Part shown: one piece after another, positions 62,401 through 64,000 of the stretch
How the letters are laid out: every line of letters starts with the position of its first letter
Position numbering within the stretch: the stretch's first letter is position 1
Assembly: GCA_002269645.1 (NCBI GenBank)
Contig: NIVC01002398.1
Location: forward strand, 1-64,000
Origin: Macrostomum lignano
Taxonomy: Eukaryota
DNA length: 64,000 bases
Direction: 5' to 3'
Translations under genes and position numbers: made by a program
Notes under the pieces: model-generated
Database searches by the model: none
Seen by the model: the letters and a program-made list of their open reading frames with translations, nothing else
Told to the model about the DNA's origin: nothing

Positions 62401-63795
62401 TTCCCTATTATAATTTCGTGGTTTTTAAATAGGGAATTCTGAGGTCGCTAATGGGGAACTCTGCGGTTTTTTAATGTGGAATTTCGGGGTTTTTAAAAGG
62501 GAAATTCTGAGGTCTCTAATCGGGATTTCCGGGGTTGTTAATAGGGAATTCGGGGTTTCTGAAATGGGAATTCCGGGGTTTTCAAGTAGGGAATTCCGGG
62601 TTCTTAAATGGTGGATTCCGGGTTTCTCAAATGGGGAATTCCTGGTTTTTAATGGGATTCCTGGGGTTACTAAAATGGAAAATTCCGGGTTACTCAGATA
62701 GGGAATTCCGGGTTTCTCAAAAGAGGAATTCCGGGTTACTCAAATAGGGAATTCCGGGTTTCTTAAATGGGGAATTCCAAGTTAATCAGATGGGGAATTC
62801 CGGGTTTCTCAATGGGGACTTCTGCGGTTCTCAATTGAGGAAATCCGTGTCTTCGAATGGGGTTTTCAAATGGAGAATTCCGGGTTTCTCAAATGGGTGA
62901 TTCCGGGTTACTCAGATGGGGAATTCCGGGTTACTCAGATGGGGGATTCCGGGTTACACAGATGGGGAATTCCGGGTTACTCAGATGGGGGATTCCGGGT
63001 TACTCAGATAGCGAATTCCGGGTTACTCAAATGGGGAATATCGGGTTTCTCAAATGGGAAATTCCAGGTTTCTCAAATGGGGAATTCCGGGTTGCTCAGA
63101 CGGGGAATTCTGGGTTACTCAGATGGGAAATTCCGGGTTACTCAGATGAGGAATTCCGGGTTTCTCAAATGGGGAATTCCGGGTTACGCAAATGGGGAAT
63201 TCCGGGTTTCTCAAATGGGGAATTCCGGGGTTTTGTAAATAGGGAAATCGTGTTTTTAAACGAGGGGTTTAACTACAGAATCGAACGAAAAGAAATCGAA
63301 AATCACCTTGGTGTGAACGGTGCCACCGCTTGTAGCGGCCTCATCAGCGGAGACAAACTTAATAAAACTCAAGCCGTACTGCAGAGACTTACTAAATGGC
63401 TGACTGCAAACTACTCTAATCTTATCCCATTTTTCATTGCAAGCCGGCTTGTGCAGCTGGTCAGATTGGAAAGTTCGCACTCGATTCAAATCGGAGCCCT
63501 TCTTAGCATCAGCCGGGCTCATGAGAGACGAAGCTGCCAGAAGCACCTGCCAGGTGTCCGTGGGATCCGCATCCCGGCTAACTAGCACTTCAACAAGCGC
63601 GGAGCCTTCATTACCAACATCAATCTGTACAATTTTAACGGGCGATTTCAATTGGAAACATACAATTGCTTTCGGTTCGCCAGGCTTGGCGCATTTCCAT
63701 TTGTGCGAGCCGCTGCTCTTCAACAGGTTGCTGGCAGGGTAAGCTGGGTCCTCTGATGAATAGCTGGACACCTTATTGAGATCCACCGTGTGCAT
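56473..63795 (-). CDS. XRCC1: DNA repair scaffold protein XRCC1 (N-terminal domain, BRCT1, long linker, BRCT2), about 827 aa
   Basis: Exons 63795-63307, 61837-61289, 57918-56473; GT-AG, phase 0. N-terminal domain VSSYSSED...IDVGNEGSALVEVLV...YGLSFIKF; BRCT1 LLKGVVFAMSGYQNPRRGQLRDKATKMGAKYRPDW...THLVCAFANTPKF; BRCT2 ELPDFFKGSHFFIYG. An alternative in-frame ATG lies at 63822. Confidence 0.92.
57935..61230. repeat. 23-bp minisatellite (GGTGTGGATGGGCGATTCTCTTT)n in XRCC1 intron 2
   Basis: About 140 copies, period 23, with a few recurring variants. Confidence 0.98.
61850..63250. repeat. Two related 23-bp minisatellites in XRCC1 intron 1
   Basis: (GGGGATTCTGTGTTCTCAAAAAT)n at ~61850-62350, then degenerate (GGGGAATTCCGGGTTACTCAGAT)n to ~63250. 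Confidence 0.93.
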
Positions 63796-63909
63796 GACTG
63801 ATTTGGATTGGCAGAAATGCATAAGGAGATATGGATTCTTGACACTGGCTTATTGGGTGTGTTTCTTAGATAGCATAACTCTCAGTTGCTTGATTGAAGG
63901 TATTTTTAA

Positions 63910-64000
63910 AGGCACTTAAAGCGACATTGTCACACAACCGGCGAGAGGCATTGCTGCCCATTCCGCCGACTCCCCTGAGCAGGCACACACTCATACAGGA
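63910..64000 (-). mobile_element. Partial SINE copy at the window edge
   Basis: Matches 31100-31220 (aagcgacattgtcacacaaccggcgagaggc...cccctgagcaggcacac). Confidence 0.7.

Overview
Animal genomic DNA with spliceosomal introns and no prokaryotic features. GC-rich exons, short introns and introns filled by minisatellites resemble a free-living flatworm such as Macrostomum; this is an unverified inference. The left 47 kb is a rearranged cluster of secreted proteins. It holds an array of 4-exon genes encoding signal peptide + PAN/apple-like module + ALK/LTK-type glycine-rich domain, with no transmembrane or kinase segment in the modelled CDS: four intact copies, one with a nonsense codon, and three fragments. 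The PAN exon and Gly framework are almost invariant between copies, while the loops between Gly motifs are hypervariable. The cluster also holds two PAN + F-type lectin genes (one intact, one frameshifted). Intervening DNA carries a gag-only Ngaro-like retroelement with split direct repeats and a solo repeat of it, tRNA-derived SINEs, LINE and gypsy debris, Penelope-type hammerhead motifs and minisatellites. The right 16 kb contains galactokinase and XRCC1, both on the minus strand, with most introns largely filled by 22-34 bp minisatellites. All gene models were built by hand from GT-AG sites and frame continuity, without transcript data.
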